Source of the DNA: an uncultured Chromatiaceae bacterium
GTDB taxonomy: Bacteria; Pseudomonadota; Gammaproteobacteria; Steroidobacterales; GCA-2729495
Length of the DNA stretch: 55,503 nucleotides
Reading direction: 5' to 3'
Assembly: GCA_964522655.1 (NCBI GenBank)
Contig: CAZFWB010000001.1
Coordinates: forward strand, 1-55,503
Shown: one piece after another, positions 28,883 through 37,367 of the stretch
Position numbering within the stretch: the stretch's first letter is position 1
How the letters are laid out: each line of letters opens with the position of its first letter
The notes under the pieces: generated by a model
Database searches by the model: none
What the model was told of the DNA's origin: nothing
Seen by the model: the letters and a program-made list of their open reading frames with translations, nothing else
Program-made: the position numbers and the translations under genes

Positions 28883-29809
28883 TCAGTAGCGCGGTGTCTG
28901 CGAATCGACTTCCCGCGACCAGGCGTCGATGCCGCCGGTCAGGTTGTGTACGTTGCGAAAGCCCCTGCGACGCAGGTATTCAGCGGCCTGCTGGCTGCGC
29001 GAACCCGTGTGGCAGTGGAAGACGATCATGGCGTCCTTTGGCAGGGAATCCAGGCGGCGGTCGGTCTCCTCGTCCCAGGCGCGGGCTCCGGGAATCGCGG
29101 CGATGGCACGCTCTTCGGGGCCGCGCACGTCGATCAGCTCGAGCGTCTCGCCAGCGTCGAGGCGGGCCTTGAGGTCGGTCGCGCCCAGGGCCTGCACCGG
29201 CGGCGGCGCGTTGGGGTTGTGGAAACTGAAGCGCGTGCCCTGCAGCGTTTCCTCCATGCCGACCTTCAGCCCATCGGCCCGGCTCGCGCTCCACGGATCC
29301 ATGTGCAGTTCAACGTCACCGGCCGCGACGCGCACTTCCTGCCCGGTCAGGGGCGCCAGCGTGAGCGTGTGCTGCCAGCCGGCATCGATGCGCAGGTGAA
29401 TCGCCATCTCCGCGCGCTGCTCGATGACACCGCGCATGACCGCCAGTGCACTGTCGGCAATCTCGACGGCCGGTGCACCGCCGTCGCCCCGCTCGACCCC
29501 GAGGACTTCGGCGAGTTCGCCCGAGGCGAACATCTCCGTCACGATATCGCTCCCGCCGATCAGTTCTCCGGCGACATAGAGCTGCGGAATGGTCGGCCAG
29601 TTGCCGTAGGCCTTGATGCCATCGCGGATCTCGGGGTGCTCCAGCACGTTGATGTCGAGGTAATCGGGCAGCAGCATGTCCAGGGCAGCGACGGTCTTGG
29701 CCGAAAATCCGCACTGCGGTTGCTGCCGGTTGCCTTTCATGAACAACACGACGCGGTTGTTCCGCAGCACGTCCTCGATGATTTCACGGGTCTGGGTATC
29801 AAGGGTCAT
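28883..29809 (-). CDS. grxD: Monothiol glutaredoxin Grx4 fused to an A-type-carrier-like domain and a rhodanese domain
   Basis: LFMKG..PQCGFS, WPTIPQLY and GGSDI; middle domain ends F.F.NPN; IDVR..EE, CHTGSRS and NLTGGIDAW. Confidence 0.9.
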   Translation of the reverse strand: MTLDTQTREIIEDVLRNNRVVLFMKGNRQQPQCGFSAKTVAALDMLLPDYLDINVLEHPEIRDGIKAYGNWPTIPQLYVAGELIGGSDIVTEMFASGELAEVLGVERGDGGAPAVEIADSALAVMRGVIEQRAEMAIHLRIDAGWQHTLTLAPLTGQEVRVAAGDVELHMDPWSASRADGLKVGMEETLQGTRFSFHNPNAPPPVQALGATDLKARLDAGETLELIDVRGPEERAIAAIPGARAWDEETDRRLDSLPKDAMIVFHCHTGSRSQQAAEYLRRRGFRNVHNLTGGIDAWSREVDSQTPRY

Positions 29810-29842
29810 TTGGCAGGTCTCTCTTGCTTTGTGCGCCGCGGT

Positions 29843-30169
29843 CTACTGCACGCTGAAGCTCTCGCCGCAGCCGCACTGGCCCGTCACGTTCGGGTTCTCG
29901 AACGCAAACTTCTCGTTGAGTCCCTCGCGGACGAAGTCGATCCTCGAGCCCTCGAAGATCGGCAGATTCTCCGCCGCGACCACCAGCTTGACCCCCTGTG
30001 CCTCGACCACCACGTCGCCGGCGCCGACTTCATCGGCGTAATCGACCGTGTAGGTGAGTCCCGAGCAGCCGCTCTTTCGCACGCCGAGCCGCAGGCCCAC
30101 TGCCTGGCGGTTGCGGGTGAGATAATCGCGGACCCGGGCTGCGGCTTTATCGCTCAGGGTGATCGACAT
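29843..30169 (-). CDS. iscA: A-type Fe-S carrier IscA
   Basis: GLRLGVRKSGCSGLTY, IDFVREGLNEKF.F.NPN and CGCGESF. Confidence 0.93.
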   Translation of the reverse strand: MSITLSDKAAARVRDYLTRNRQAVGLRLGVRKSGCSGLTYTVDYADEVGAGDVVVEAQGVKLVVAAENLPIFEGSRIDFVREGLNEKFAFENPNVTGQCGCGESFSVQ

Positions 30170-30188
30170 GGCTGAAGTCCTGGTTTCG

Positions 30189-30208
30189 ATGCAAAACTAA
30201 TTTTGCAT
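30189..30208. promoter_or_regulatory. Perfect palindromic operator candidate
   Basis: ATGCAAAA-CTAA-TTTTGCAT (8-4-8), AT-rich, between divergent iscA and marR genes. Confidence 0.7.
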
Positions 30209-30234
30209 ATGGGGGCTCGGGGCGAAATTGTCAA
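30207..30234 (-). promoter_or_regulatory. Sigma32 (RpoH)-like promoter for iscA-grxD
   Basis: Minus strand reads TTGACA-N14-CCCCATAT versus consensus TTGAAA-N13/14-CCCCATAT. Confidence 0.6.
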
Positions 30235-30256
30235 CGATTTTGGCCTCCGATACCAT
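30228..30256 (+). promoter_or_regulatory. Sigma70-like promoter for a leaderless marR transcript
   Basis: TTGTCA-N17-TACCAT, then 6 nt to ATG 30263; no Shine-Dalgarno. Confidence 0.6.
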
Positions 30257-30262
30257 CCGTGC

Positions 30263-30844
30263 ATGGCAAAAACGAAGCTCGGCAGTGAGCGCGGGGTCGC
30301 GGAACTCGCGCTGCAGCTCGGCAGGGCCGCCTATGGCGACAGCCCGGCGGACAGCCTCACGCCGGCGCAATGGATGGCTTTGCGCTTCTTCGGGCGGGCG
30401 AACCGGTTCTCGCGCACCGTCTCGGCGTTCGCCGAGTTCCATTCGACCACACGCGGCACCGCCTCGCAGACGGTCAAGAGCCTGGTGCAGCGAGGGTATC
30501 TCACACGTACCCGTTCGGAACGCGACGGGCGCAGCGCAACGGTGGAACTCACGGCCAAGGCGCGCCGCAAGCTCGAGGAAGACCCGTTCGAGGCGGTGGT
30601 ACGCGCGGCCGCAGAGCTCAGCCCTGCTCAGCGAAGCCGTACTGCTGCGGGCCTGCGCGGCATCCTGCACCGGCTCGCAGTGGATCGCGAGCGGGCCGCC
30701 CCGGGCGTGTGCACGCTCTGCGGTCACCTCGCCACGGCCGGTGCCGGCCGTTATCGCTGCCGTCTCATGCACGAGCCACTTACGGCCGCGGAACTCGGCC
30801 AGCTTTGCGTGCATTGCACGGACTGTCGACGCCGCCGGGCCTGA
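30263..30844 (+). CDS. MarR-family regulator with Cys-rich C-terminal domain
   Basis: LTPAQW.AL, TRGTASQTVKSL..RGYL.R...DGRS..V.LT winged helix; CTLCGH...C.L...L.....LCVHCTDC tail. Confidence 0.85.
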   Translation: MAKTKLGSERGVAELALQLGRAAYGDSPADSLTPAQWMALRFFGRANRFSRTVSAFAEFHSTTRGTASQTVKSLVQRGYLTRTRSERDGRSATVELTAKARRKLEEDPFEAVVRAAAELSPAQRSRTAAGLRGILHRLAVDRERAAPGVCTLCGHLATAGAGRYRCRLMHEPLTAAELGQLCVHCTDCRRRRA

Positions 30845-30863
30845 TGGCCCGTGGCAGTTGCGG

Positions 30864-31220
30864 TCAGACGGAGAAAGATGAGCCGCAGCCGCAGGTCGTC
30901 GCTGCGTTCGGGTTGCGAATGACGAAACGCGCGCCTTCCAGGTCTTCCTTGTAGTCGATCTCGGCCCCGGCGAGGTACTGGATGCTCATGGGATCTACCA
31001 GCAGCGTGACGCCCTGGTTCTCCACCCGGGTGTCGCCGTCTTCGAGCTTCTCGTCAAACGTGAAGCCGTACTGGAAGCCCGAGCAGCCACCACCGGAAAT
31101 GAACACGCGCAGCTTGAGGTTGGGGTTACCCTCGTCGCGGATGAGCTGCGAAACCTTGCTGGCGGCTGCGTCGGTGAAGAGCAGGCCGGGAACGCCGCTG
31201 AATTCGGTGCTGTTTTCCAT
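30864..31220 (-). CDS. erpA: Fe-S cluster insertion protein ErpA
   Basis: [38 protein letters not shown] and [15 protein letters not shown]. Confidence 0.96.
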   Translation of the reverse strand: MENSTEFSGVPGLLFTDAAASKVSQLIRDEGNPNLKLRVFISGGGCSGFQYGFTFDEKLEDGDTRVENQGVTLLVDPMSIQYLAGAEIDYKEDLEGARFVIRNPNAATTCGCGSSFSV

Positions 31221-31301
31221 GAAAATAGTGTCGCGGTCGGAAACCCGGCATGTCAAGGAAGTTTCGTCCCGCTACTATGACGGAATGCTGCGGGGTGCCG
31301 C

Positions 31302-32339
31302 ATGAAGGGCCGTCTCGAGCCGGTACTCGCGGCCTACGGGGCTGGCGGCGCCGTCGTGCGGCCACTCGGGGCAGGGCTCATCAACCAGACCTACGCGGTC
31401 GACGGCGGGCCGGACGGCCGCTTCGTGCTGCAGCGGCTGCATCCGGTCTTTCCGGCGCAGGTCAACGAGGATATCGACGCGGTGACGAGGCACCTGGAGG
31501 CGGCCGGCCTCGTCACGCCCCGACTGATCCCGACTCGCACGGGCCAATTGTGGGTCGTACACGAGGGCGAGGTGTGGCGCGCGTTGACCTGGGTGGACGG
31601 GATCGGCCTCGACTGCCTGAGTGACGCCCATCAGGCGCGCGAGGCCGGCACCGCCCTGGCGCGCTTTCACCGGGCAGTGGACGACCTGCGGCACGAGTTT
31701 CGCAACACGCGCGCCGGGGTGCACGATACCGCCCGGCATCTGGCGAACCTGCGCACGGCGCTTGCAGCGCACCGCGATCACCCGAGATTCGCCGTCGTCG
31801 AGGCGCTCGCCGGGCGCGTGTTCGCGGCTGCAGACGGTCTCGAGCCGCTGCCCGCACTGCCGGCGCGGATCGTGCACGGGGACCCGAAGATCAACAATAT
31901 CCTGTTCAGCCCGGACGGGACCCGTGCCATCTGTCTCATCGATCTCGACACGCTCGGCCGCATGCCCCTGCCGCTGGAGCTCGGTGACGCGTTTCGCTCC
32001 TGGTGTAATCCCGCCGGCGAGGATCGCGCGAACGCCCGGTTTGCCACCGATCTCTTCGAGGCGGCCGTCGACGGCTATGCGCAGGGCGCTGTGGGCTTCG
32101 TCACCGCGCCCGAATGGGACAGTGTCGTCTCCGGCACGCTCACCATCTATGTCGAGCTCGCCGCGCGTTTCTGCGCGGACGCGCTGAACGAGAGCTACTT
32201 CGGCTGGAACCCGCAGGCTTTCGCGAGCCGCAGCGAGCACAACCAGGCGCGCGCGGAAAGTCAGCTCAACGCAGCGGATTCGCTTGCCCGGCAGCGCGCG
32301 ACGGCCGAAGCCGCGGTGCGCCGGGCCTCGCGTCGTTGA
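31302..32339 (+). CDS. APH-superfamily phosphotransferase (N-acetylhexosamine kinase-like)
   Basis: G.GLINQT, FVLQRL, HDT, HGDPKINN and IDLDT motifs. Confidence 0.82.
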   Translation: MKGRLEPVLAAYGAGGAVVRPLGAGLINQTYAVDGGPDGRFVLQRLHPVFPAQVNEDIDAVTRHLEAAGLVTPRLIPTRTGQLWVVHEGEVWRALTWVDGIGLDCLSDAHQAREAGTALARFHRAVDDLRHEFRNTRAGVHDTARHLANLRTALAAHRDHPRFAVVEALAGRVFAAADGLEPLPALPARIVHGDPKINNILFSPDGTRAICLIDLDTLGRMPLPLELGDAFRSWCNPAGEDRANARFATDLFEAAVDGYAQGAVGFVTAPEWDSVVSGTLTIYVELAARFCADALNESYFGWNPQAFASRSEHNQARAESQLNAADSLARQRATAEAAVRRASRR

Positions 32340-32454
32340 GGCGACAGGCGCGTACGACGTCGGGTAACCTAGACGCGCGCGTTGGTCACTGGCTGGCGGG
32401 CGGAGTCGCCGCGACGGTGAATCGCCCGGACTTCCCGGAAGGCTGGATGGCGAT

Positions 32455-35400
32455 ATGGCGCAGGGGAAGCTGTCGCTCGAGGACAAGTACACCCGCACCA
32501 CGGGCGCGATCTACCTGTCCGGATTGCAGGCGCTGGTGCGCCTGCTGCTGGTGCAGCGCCAGCGCGACGTTTCCGCCGGCCTGAATACCGCCGGCCTGGT
32601 GTCCGGTTATCGCGGCTCGCCGCTCGGGGGGCTTGATCGTGAGCTGTGGCGCGCCGGCGCGCACCTCGATGCGCACCACGTCCGTTTCCAGCCCGGCGTC
32701 AACGAGGATCTTGCCGCCACCGCGATCTGGGGCAGCCAGCAGCTCAATCTCTTCCCGGGTGCACGCTACGACGGCGTTTTTGCGCTGTGGTATGGCAAGG
32801 GGCCGGGGGTGGACCGCAGCGGCGACGTTTTTCGACACGCCAATGCCTCGGGCACGTCGCGCCACGGCGGCGTGCTCGCGGTGGCGGGCGACGACCACGC
32901 GGCGCGCTCGTCCACGCTGCCGCACCAGAGCGAGCACAGCTTCATCGCTGCCATGATCCCGGTGCTGCACCCAGCCGGCGTGCAGGAACTGCTCGATTTC
33001 GGAGTGATCGGCTGGGCCATGTCGCGTTTCAGCGGCTGCTGGGTGGCGATCAAGGCAACCGCCGAGCTGCTGGACTCGGCGGCGACGGTGGATGCCGACC
33101 CGCACCGGGTGGTGATCGCCGCGCCCCGGGGCGTGCAACTGCCCGAAGGCGGCGTGAGCACGCGCTGGCCCGACTGGCCGCTCGAGCAGGAACTGCGGCT
33201 GCAGCGGCACAAGGTGTATGCCGCGCTGGCATTCGCTGCGGCCAACCGCCTCGACCGGATCGTCCTCGACAGCCCGCGGCCGCGCTTTGGCGTCATCACC
33301 ACCGGCAAGAGCTATCTCGACGTGCGCCAGGCGCTCGCCGATCTCGGCATCGATGAAAGCCTCGCCCGGGACATCGGACTGCGGCTCTACAAGGTCGGGA
33401 TGCCCTGGCCGCTGGAGGAGCGGGGCGCGCGCGAGTTCGCGCGGGGCCTGGAGGAGGTCCTGGTGATCGAGGAGAAGCGCGCCGTGGTCGAGAACCAGCT
33501 CAGGGCTCAGCTGTACAACTGGGACCCGCAGGTCCGCCCGCGCGTCGTCGGCAAGTTCGACGAGGAGGGCAACTGGCTGTTGCCCGCCGCCGGTGAACTC
33601 ACGGCGGCGCAGATCGCCCGCGTGATCGGCGCGCGGCTGCGCCGCATGGGCCGCAACGACTTCATCGAGGAGCGCCTGCGCCTGCTCGCACAACCCGAGC
33701 CGCCGCCGGCGTTTTCCGCCGATGGCCTGCAGCGCCTGCCGTATTTCTGCTCCGGCTGCCCGCACAACACCTCGACGCGGGTGCCCGAGGGCAGCCAGGC
33801 GCTGGCCGGCATCGGCTGCCACTACATGGCGTTGTGGATGGACCGCGCTACCGCGACTTTCACCCAGATGGGCGGGGAGGGCGCCGCCTGGATCGGGCAG
33901 GCGCCATTCACGGCGGCTGCGCACGTGTTCCAGAACCTCGGCGACGGCACTTACTTTCACTCCGGACTGCTCGCGATCCGTGCTGCGGTGGCGGCCGGGG
34001 TCAACATCACCTACAAGCTGCTCTACAACCACGCCGTGGCCATGACCGGTGGCCAGCCGCTCGACGGCGAGCTGACCGTGCGCCAGGCCGCGCAGCAGTT
34101 GCGCGGCGAGGGTGTGGCAAGGATCGCGGTGGTGACCGACCGCAAGCTGACCCGTAGCGAGCGGTCGGGGTTTCCGTGCGGCGTCAGTTTCCACCTGCGC
34201 CGCGATCTCGATGCCCTGCAACGGGAGCTTCGCGAGGTTCGCGGCGTCTCCGTGCTGATCTACGACCAGATGTGCGCAGCCGAGAAACGCCGGCAGCGCA
34301 AGCGCGGTCTGCTGCCGGACCCGCCGAAGCGCGTTTTCATCAACGAGTGGGTCTGCGAGGGCTGCGGCGACTGCAACACCGCATCGAACTGTCTTTCGGT
34401 GGTGCCGCTGGAGACCGAGTTCGGTCGCAAGCGCACCATCCAGCAGGACAGCTGCAACAAGGACTTTTCCTGCCTGGAGGGCTTCTGCCCGAGCTTCGTG
34501 ACGGTGCGGGGCGGTGAGTTGAAACGCGTTGCGAACCGCACCGCCCCGGTCGAGGGCCTGCCGGTTCCGGCACCGCCGGACCGCACGGGCGCTTACAGCA
34601 TCGTCCTGGCCGGGATCGGCGGCACCGGCGTGGTGACCGCGAGTGCGGTACTGGGCATGGCCGCGCACCGCGACGGCCGCTTCGCCACCACCATCGACCA
34701 GACGGGGCTCGCGCAGAAGTTCGGCGCCGTGCTGAGCCATGTGCGGATTGCGGCTACCGCTGGCGAAATCCACGCGCCACGCATACCGGCGGGCAAGGCG
34801 GACCTGCTCATCGCCGCTGATCTGCTGGTCGGCTCAGGTGCCGAGGCGCTGAGCAAACTCGCGCTTTCGCGCAGCGCGGCGGTGGTCAACACGGATGCCG
34901 ACATGCCGGCGGCATTCATACGCGAGCGGGACTTCGAGCTGCCGGATTGCGCGATGCGCGAGGCGATCGAGGACGCGGTCCGGCCCGACCATGCCTGGTT
35001 CGTTCCGGCAACGCGGCTTGCACAGGCGCTGCTCGGCGACAGCATCGCGGCAAATTTCTTCCTGCTCGGCTACGCCTGGCAGCGCGCGCTGGTGCCGGTC
35101 AGCGAGGAGGCGATCCTCGAGGCCATCACGCTCAACGGCGTCGCCGTGGAGCGCAACCGGGAGGCCTTCCGCTGGGGCCGTTGCGCGGCGCACGATCCCG
35201 TGGCGGTCGCCCGGCAGGCCGGTTTTGCGCCTGGCGCGCAGGGCCGCGCCAGCCTGAAGGCGACCGTGGCGCGCCGGGCCGGCTATCTGCAGGCCTACCA
35301 GGACGAGGGCTACGCGCACCGCTACGAGAACCTCGTGCAGCTCGTCGAGCGCGCGGAGCGCAGCATGGTGGGAGAGGCGCCGTTGCCGCTTGCCGAGGCG

Positions 35401-35895
35401 GTGGCGCGAAGTTACTTCCGGGTGCTGGCCTACAAGGACGAGTACGAGGTGGCGCGCCTGTACACGCAGACGGGCTTCCTCGACGAACTGCGCGATCGCG
35501 TGCAGGGCCGGACCCGTCTCCGTCTGCACCTTGCCCCGCCTTTCCTGGCGCGGCGCGACCCGGTGTCCGGTCGGCCGCGCAAGCGCGAGTTCGGCGCCTG
35601 GGTCCTGCCGCTGCTGCGCGCGCTCTCGCACCTGAAGTTCCTGCGCGGCTCGGCGCTGGACCCGTTCCGCCTGAGCGCCGACCGGCGCCTGGAGCGCGAG
35701 CTGATCGGCTGGTACGAGGCGCTCATCGAAGAGATCATCCCGGCGCTGCGGCCCCGCAATCATGCGCTGGCGGTCGAACTCGCAGCGCTGCCCGATGCGA
35801 TCCGCGGCTACGGGCCGGTGAAGGCCGCGGCAGCGAGCGAGGCGCGATCCCGCGCGGCGGGGTTGGTCAGTCGCTTTCGCACTCTCGGGCAGTAG
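32455..35895 (+). CDS. Indolepyruvate:ferredoxin oxidoreductase family protein (fused alpha/beta)
   Basis: SGYRGSPLGG, GVNEDLAAT, FCSGCPHN, GDGTYFHSG (TPP), CEGCGDC...C ferredoxin, GIGGTGVVT and YKDEYEVARL. Confidence 0.95.
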   Translation: MAQGKLSLEDKYTRTTGAIYLSGLQALVRLLLVQRQRDVSAGLNTAGLVSGYRGSPLGGLDRELWRAGAHLDAHHVRFQPGVNEDLAATAIWGSQQLNLFPGARYDGVFALWYGKGPGVDRSGDVFRHANASGTSRHGGVLAVAGDDHAARSSTLPHQSEHSFIAAMIPVLHPAGVQELLDFGVIGWAMSRFSGCWVAIKATAELLDSAATVDADPHRVVIAAPRGVQLPEGGVSTRWPDWPLEQELRLQRHKVYAALAFAAANRLDRIVLDSPRPRFGVITTGKSYLDVRQALADLGIDESLARDIGLRLYKVGMPWPLEERGAREFARGLEEVLVIEEKRAVVENQLRAQLYNWDPQVRPRVVGKFDEEGNWLLPAAGELTAAQIARVIGARLRRMGRNDFIEERLRLLAQPEPPPAFSADGLQRLPYFCSGCPHNTSTRVPEGSQALAGIGCHYMALWMDRATATFTQMGGEGAAWIGQAPFTAAAHVFQNLGDGTYFHSGLLAIRAAVAAGVNITYKLLYNHAVAMTGGQPLDGELTVRQAAQQLRGEGVARIAVVTDRKLTRSERSGFPCGVSFHLRRDLDALQRELREVRGVSVLIYDQMCAAEKRRQRKRGLLPDPPKRVFINEWVCEGCGDCNTASNCLSVVPLETEFGRKRTIQQDSCNKDFSCLEGFCPSFVTVRGGELKRVANRTAPVEGLPVPAPPDRTGAYSIVLAGIGGTGVVTASAVLGMAAHRDGRFATTIDQTGLAQKFGAVLSHVRIAATAGEIHAPRIPAGKADLLIAADLLVGSGAEALSKLALSRSAAVVNTDADMPAAFIRERDFELPDCAMREAIEDAVRPDHAWFVPATRLAQALLGDSIAANFFLLGYAWQRALVPVSEEAILEAITLNGVAVERNREAFRWGRCAAHDPVAVARQAGFAPGAQGRASLKATVARRAGYLQAYQDEGYAHRYENLVQLVERAERSMVGEAPLPLAEAVARSYFRVLAYKDEYEVARLYTQTGFLDELRDRVQGRTRLRLHLAPPFLARRDPVSGRPRKREFGAWVLPLLRALSHLKFLRGSALDPFRLSADRRLERELIGWYEALIEEIIPALRPRNHALAVELAALPDAIRGYGPVKAAAASEARSRAAGLVSRFRTLGQ

Positions 35896-35925
35896 GAGCG
35901 GCGCAGGCCGCGACCCGCGTGGCCC

Positions 35926-37314
35926 TCAGAGGCCTTTCGTGTCGCCGGCCCAGCCCTCCGCCTCGATCACCCCGGCGCGGTACAGTCGCAGGTTGGCGCC
36001 GAGGAAACCGAGCGCGACGACGCCTGCGGCGGCGCCGACCACCGCGATCGAGAATCGCAGCGCGCCCGCCTCGCCGAAGCCGTAGTCGGTGACCAGCGCG
36101 ACCGCGGTGGGTCCGAGCGTGAGGCCGAGGGCGTTGATCACGAAATAATAGAGCGCGGTGATCTGGCCGCGCATCTGGTTCGGCGTGATCATCATGAGCG
36201 CCGCCGAACCGGTCGCGGTGATGATGGCCCCGGCCATGGTAGAGGGGATCAGCAGTGCGATGGCCAGCGCCGGCCCCGGCATCAGCGGCGCGAGGATGGA
36301 GGTCGGGACGAACAGCAGCACCGCCGTAAACAGGCAGGTGCGCATCAACCCGTCCTTGTAACCGCGGCCGTAGAGCCAGTCGGCGATCCAGCCGCCGAGA
36401 TTCACCCCGATGGGGCCGAAGATCAACGTCACCAGGCCGTAGGCGTAGCCCGCCTCCGGGATGCTCCAGCCCCAGGTGCGCACGAACATGGTCGGAACCC
36501 AGAAGAAAAAGGCGTAGCCGATAATCGTCACCACCGACATGCCGAGGAAGTGCGTGGCGTATCTCTTCCAGCGCTGGCCGAGGAAGCGCAACGTCTCGGC
36601 GATCGGCATCTCCTCGCTCGAGGTGCCATCGCGATGCTGGATGCGGATCCTGTCTTTGCGGACCGGTTCGCGCACGGTGGCCATCAGCAATGCGACCACC
36701 AGTCCCGGCAGTCCGACGAACAGGAACACCATCTGCCAGGGGCGCAATTCGCCCACCACGGGCAGCACGAGCGCGGGCGCTGCGGTGGCAAATGCGATCG
36801 CCCAGGCGCCCACGATGTTGGCGATGCCGACACCGAGCGACACGCCCATGTTGTAGAAGCTGATCGCGCGCCCGCGCTGGTGACGCGGGAAGTAATCGCT
36901 GATGAGCGACAGGGCACTCGGGTTGAGCGTCGCCTCGCCGACGCCGACGCCGACGCGCGCCAGGAACAGTTGCCAGTAGTTGCGGGCGAGTCCGCAGGCG
37001 GCGGTCATGAAGCACCAGATGGTCACGCCCCAGGCGATGATCGCGCGCCGGCTGCGCCGGTCGGCCAGGCGACCGATGGGGATGCCGAGCACGGTATAGA
37101 AGAGCGCGAAGGCAAGGCCGCCGACGAGGCTGACCTGGGTGTCGCTGAGCGCGAGGTCAGCGCGGATCGGCTCGATCAGCAGCGCGAAAATCTGCCGGTC
37201 GAGGAAGGACACGACGTAACCGAGCGTGAGCACCACGACCACGTACCAGGCGTAGGCCGGGCGCGGATAGTCGTTCTCCCCGACGGCACCGCGTGCCGCC
37301 TCATTTTCGTTCAT
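35926..37314 (-). CDS. MFS transporter (spinster-like)
   Basis: SFLDRQ, GRLADRRSRR motif A, R..VGVGEA, EP.R; about 12 TM; GGAGG RBS. Confidence 0.9.
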   Translation of the reverse strand: MNENEAARGAVGENDYPRPAYAWYVVVVLTLGYVVSFLDRQIFALLIEPIRADLALSDTQVSLVGGLAFALFYTVLGIPIGRLADRRSRRAIIAWGVTIWCFMTAACGLARNYWQLFLARVGVGVGEATLNPSALSLISDYFPRHQRGRAISFYNMGVSLGVGIANIVGAWAIAFATAAPALVLPVVGELRPWQMVFLFVGLPGLVVALLMATVREPVRKDRIRIQHRDGTSSEEMPIAETLRFLGQRWKRYATHFLGMSVVTIIGYAFFFWVPTMFVRTWGWSIPEAGYAYGLVTLIFGPIGVNLGGWIADWLYGRGYKDGLMRTCLFTAVLLFVPTSILAPLMPGPALAIALLIPSTMAGAIITATGSAALMMITPNQMRGQITALYYFVINALGLTLGPTAVALVTDYGFGEAGALRFSIAVVGAAAGVVALGFLGANLRLYRAGVIEAEGWAGDTKGL

Positions 37315-37367
37315 GGCTGCTGTCCTCCCCGGCGGCGCATGGTAGCAGGCCGGACGGCCGGCGCCGA

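Noticed and set aside
24418-32339. Antibiotic resistance calls for the beta-lactamase-like and APH-like genes
   Set aside because: Motifs support only superfamily membership; both resemble metabolic members and there is no mobile context
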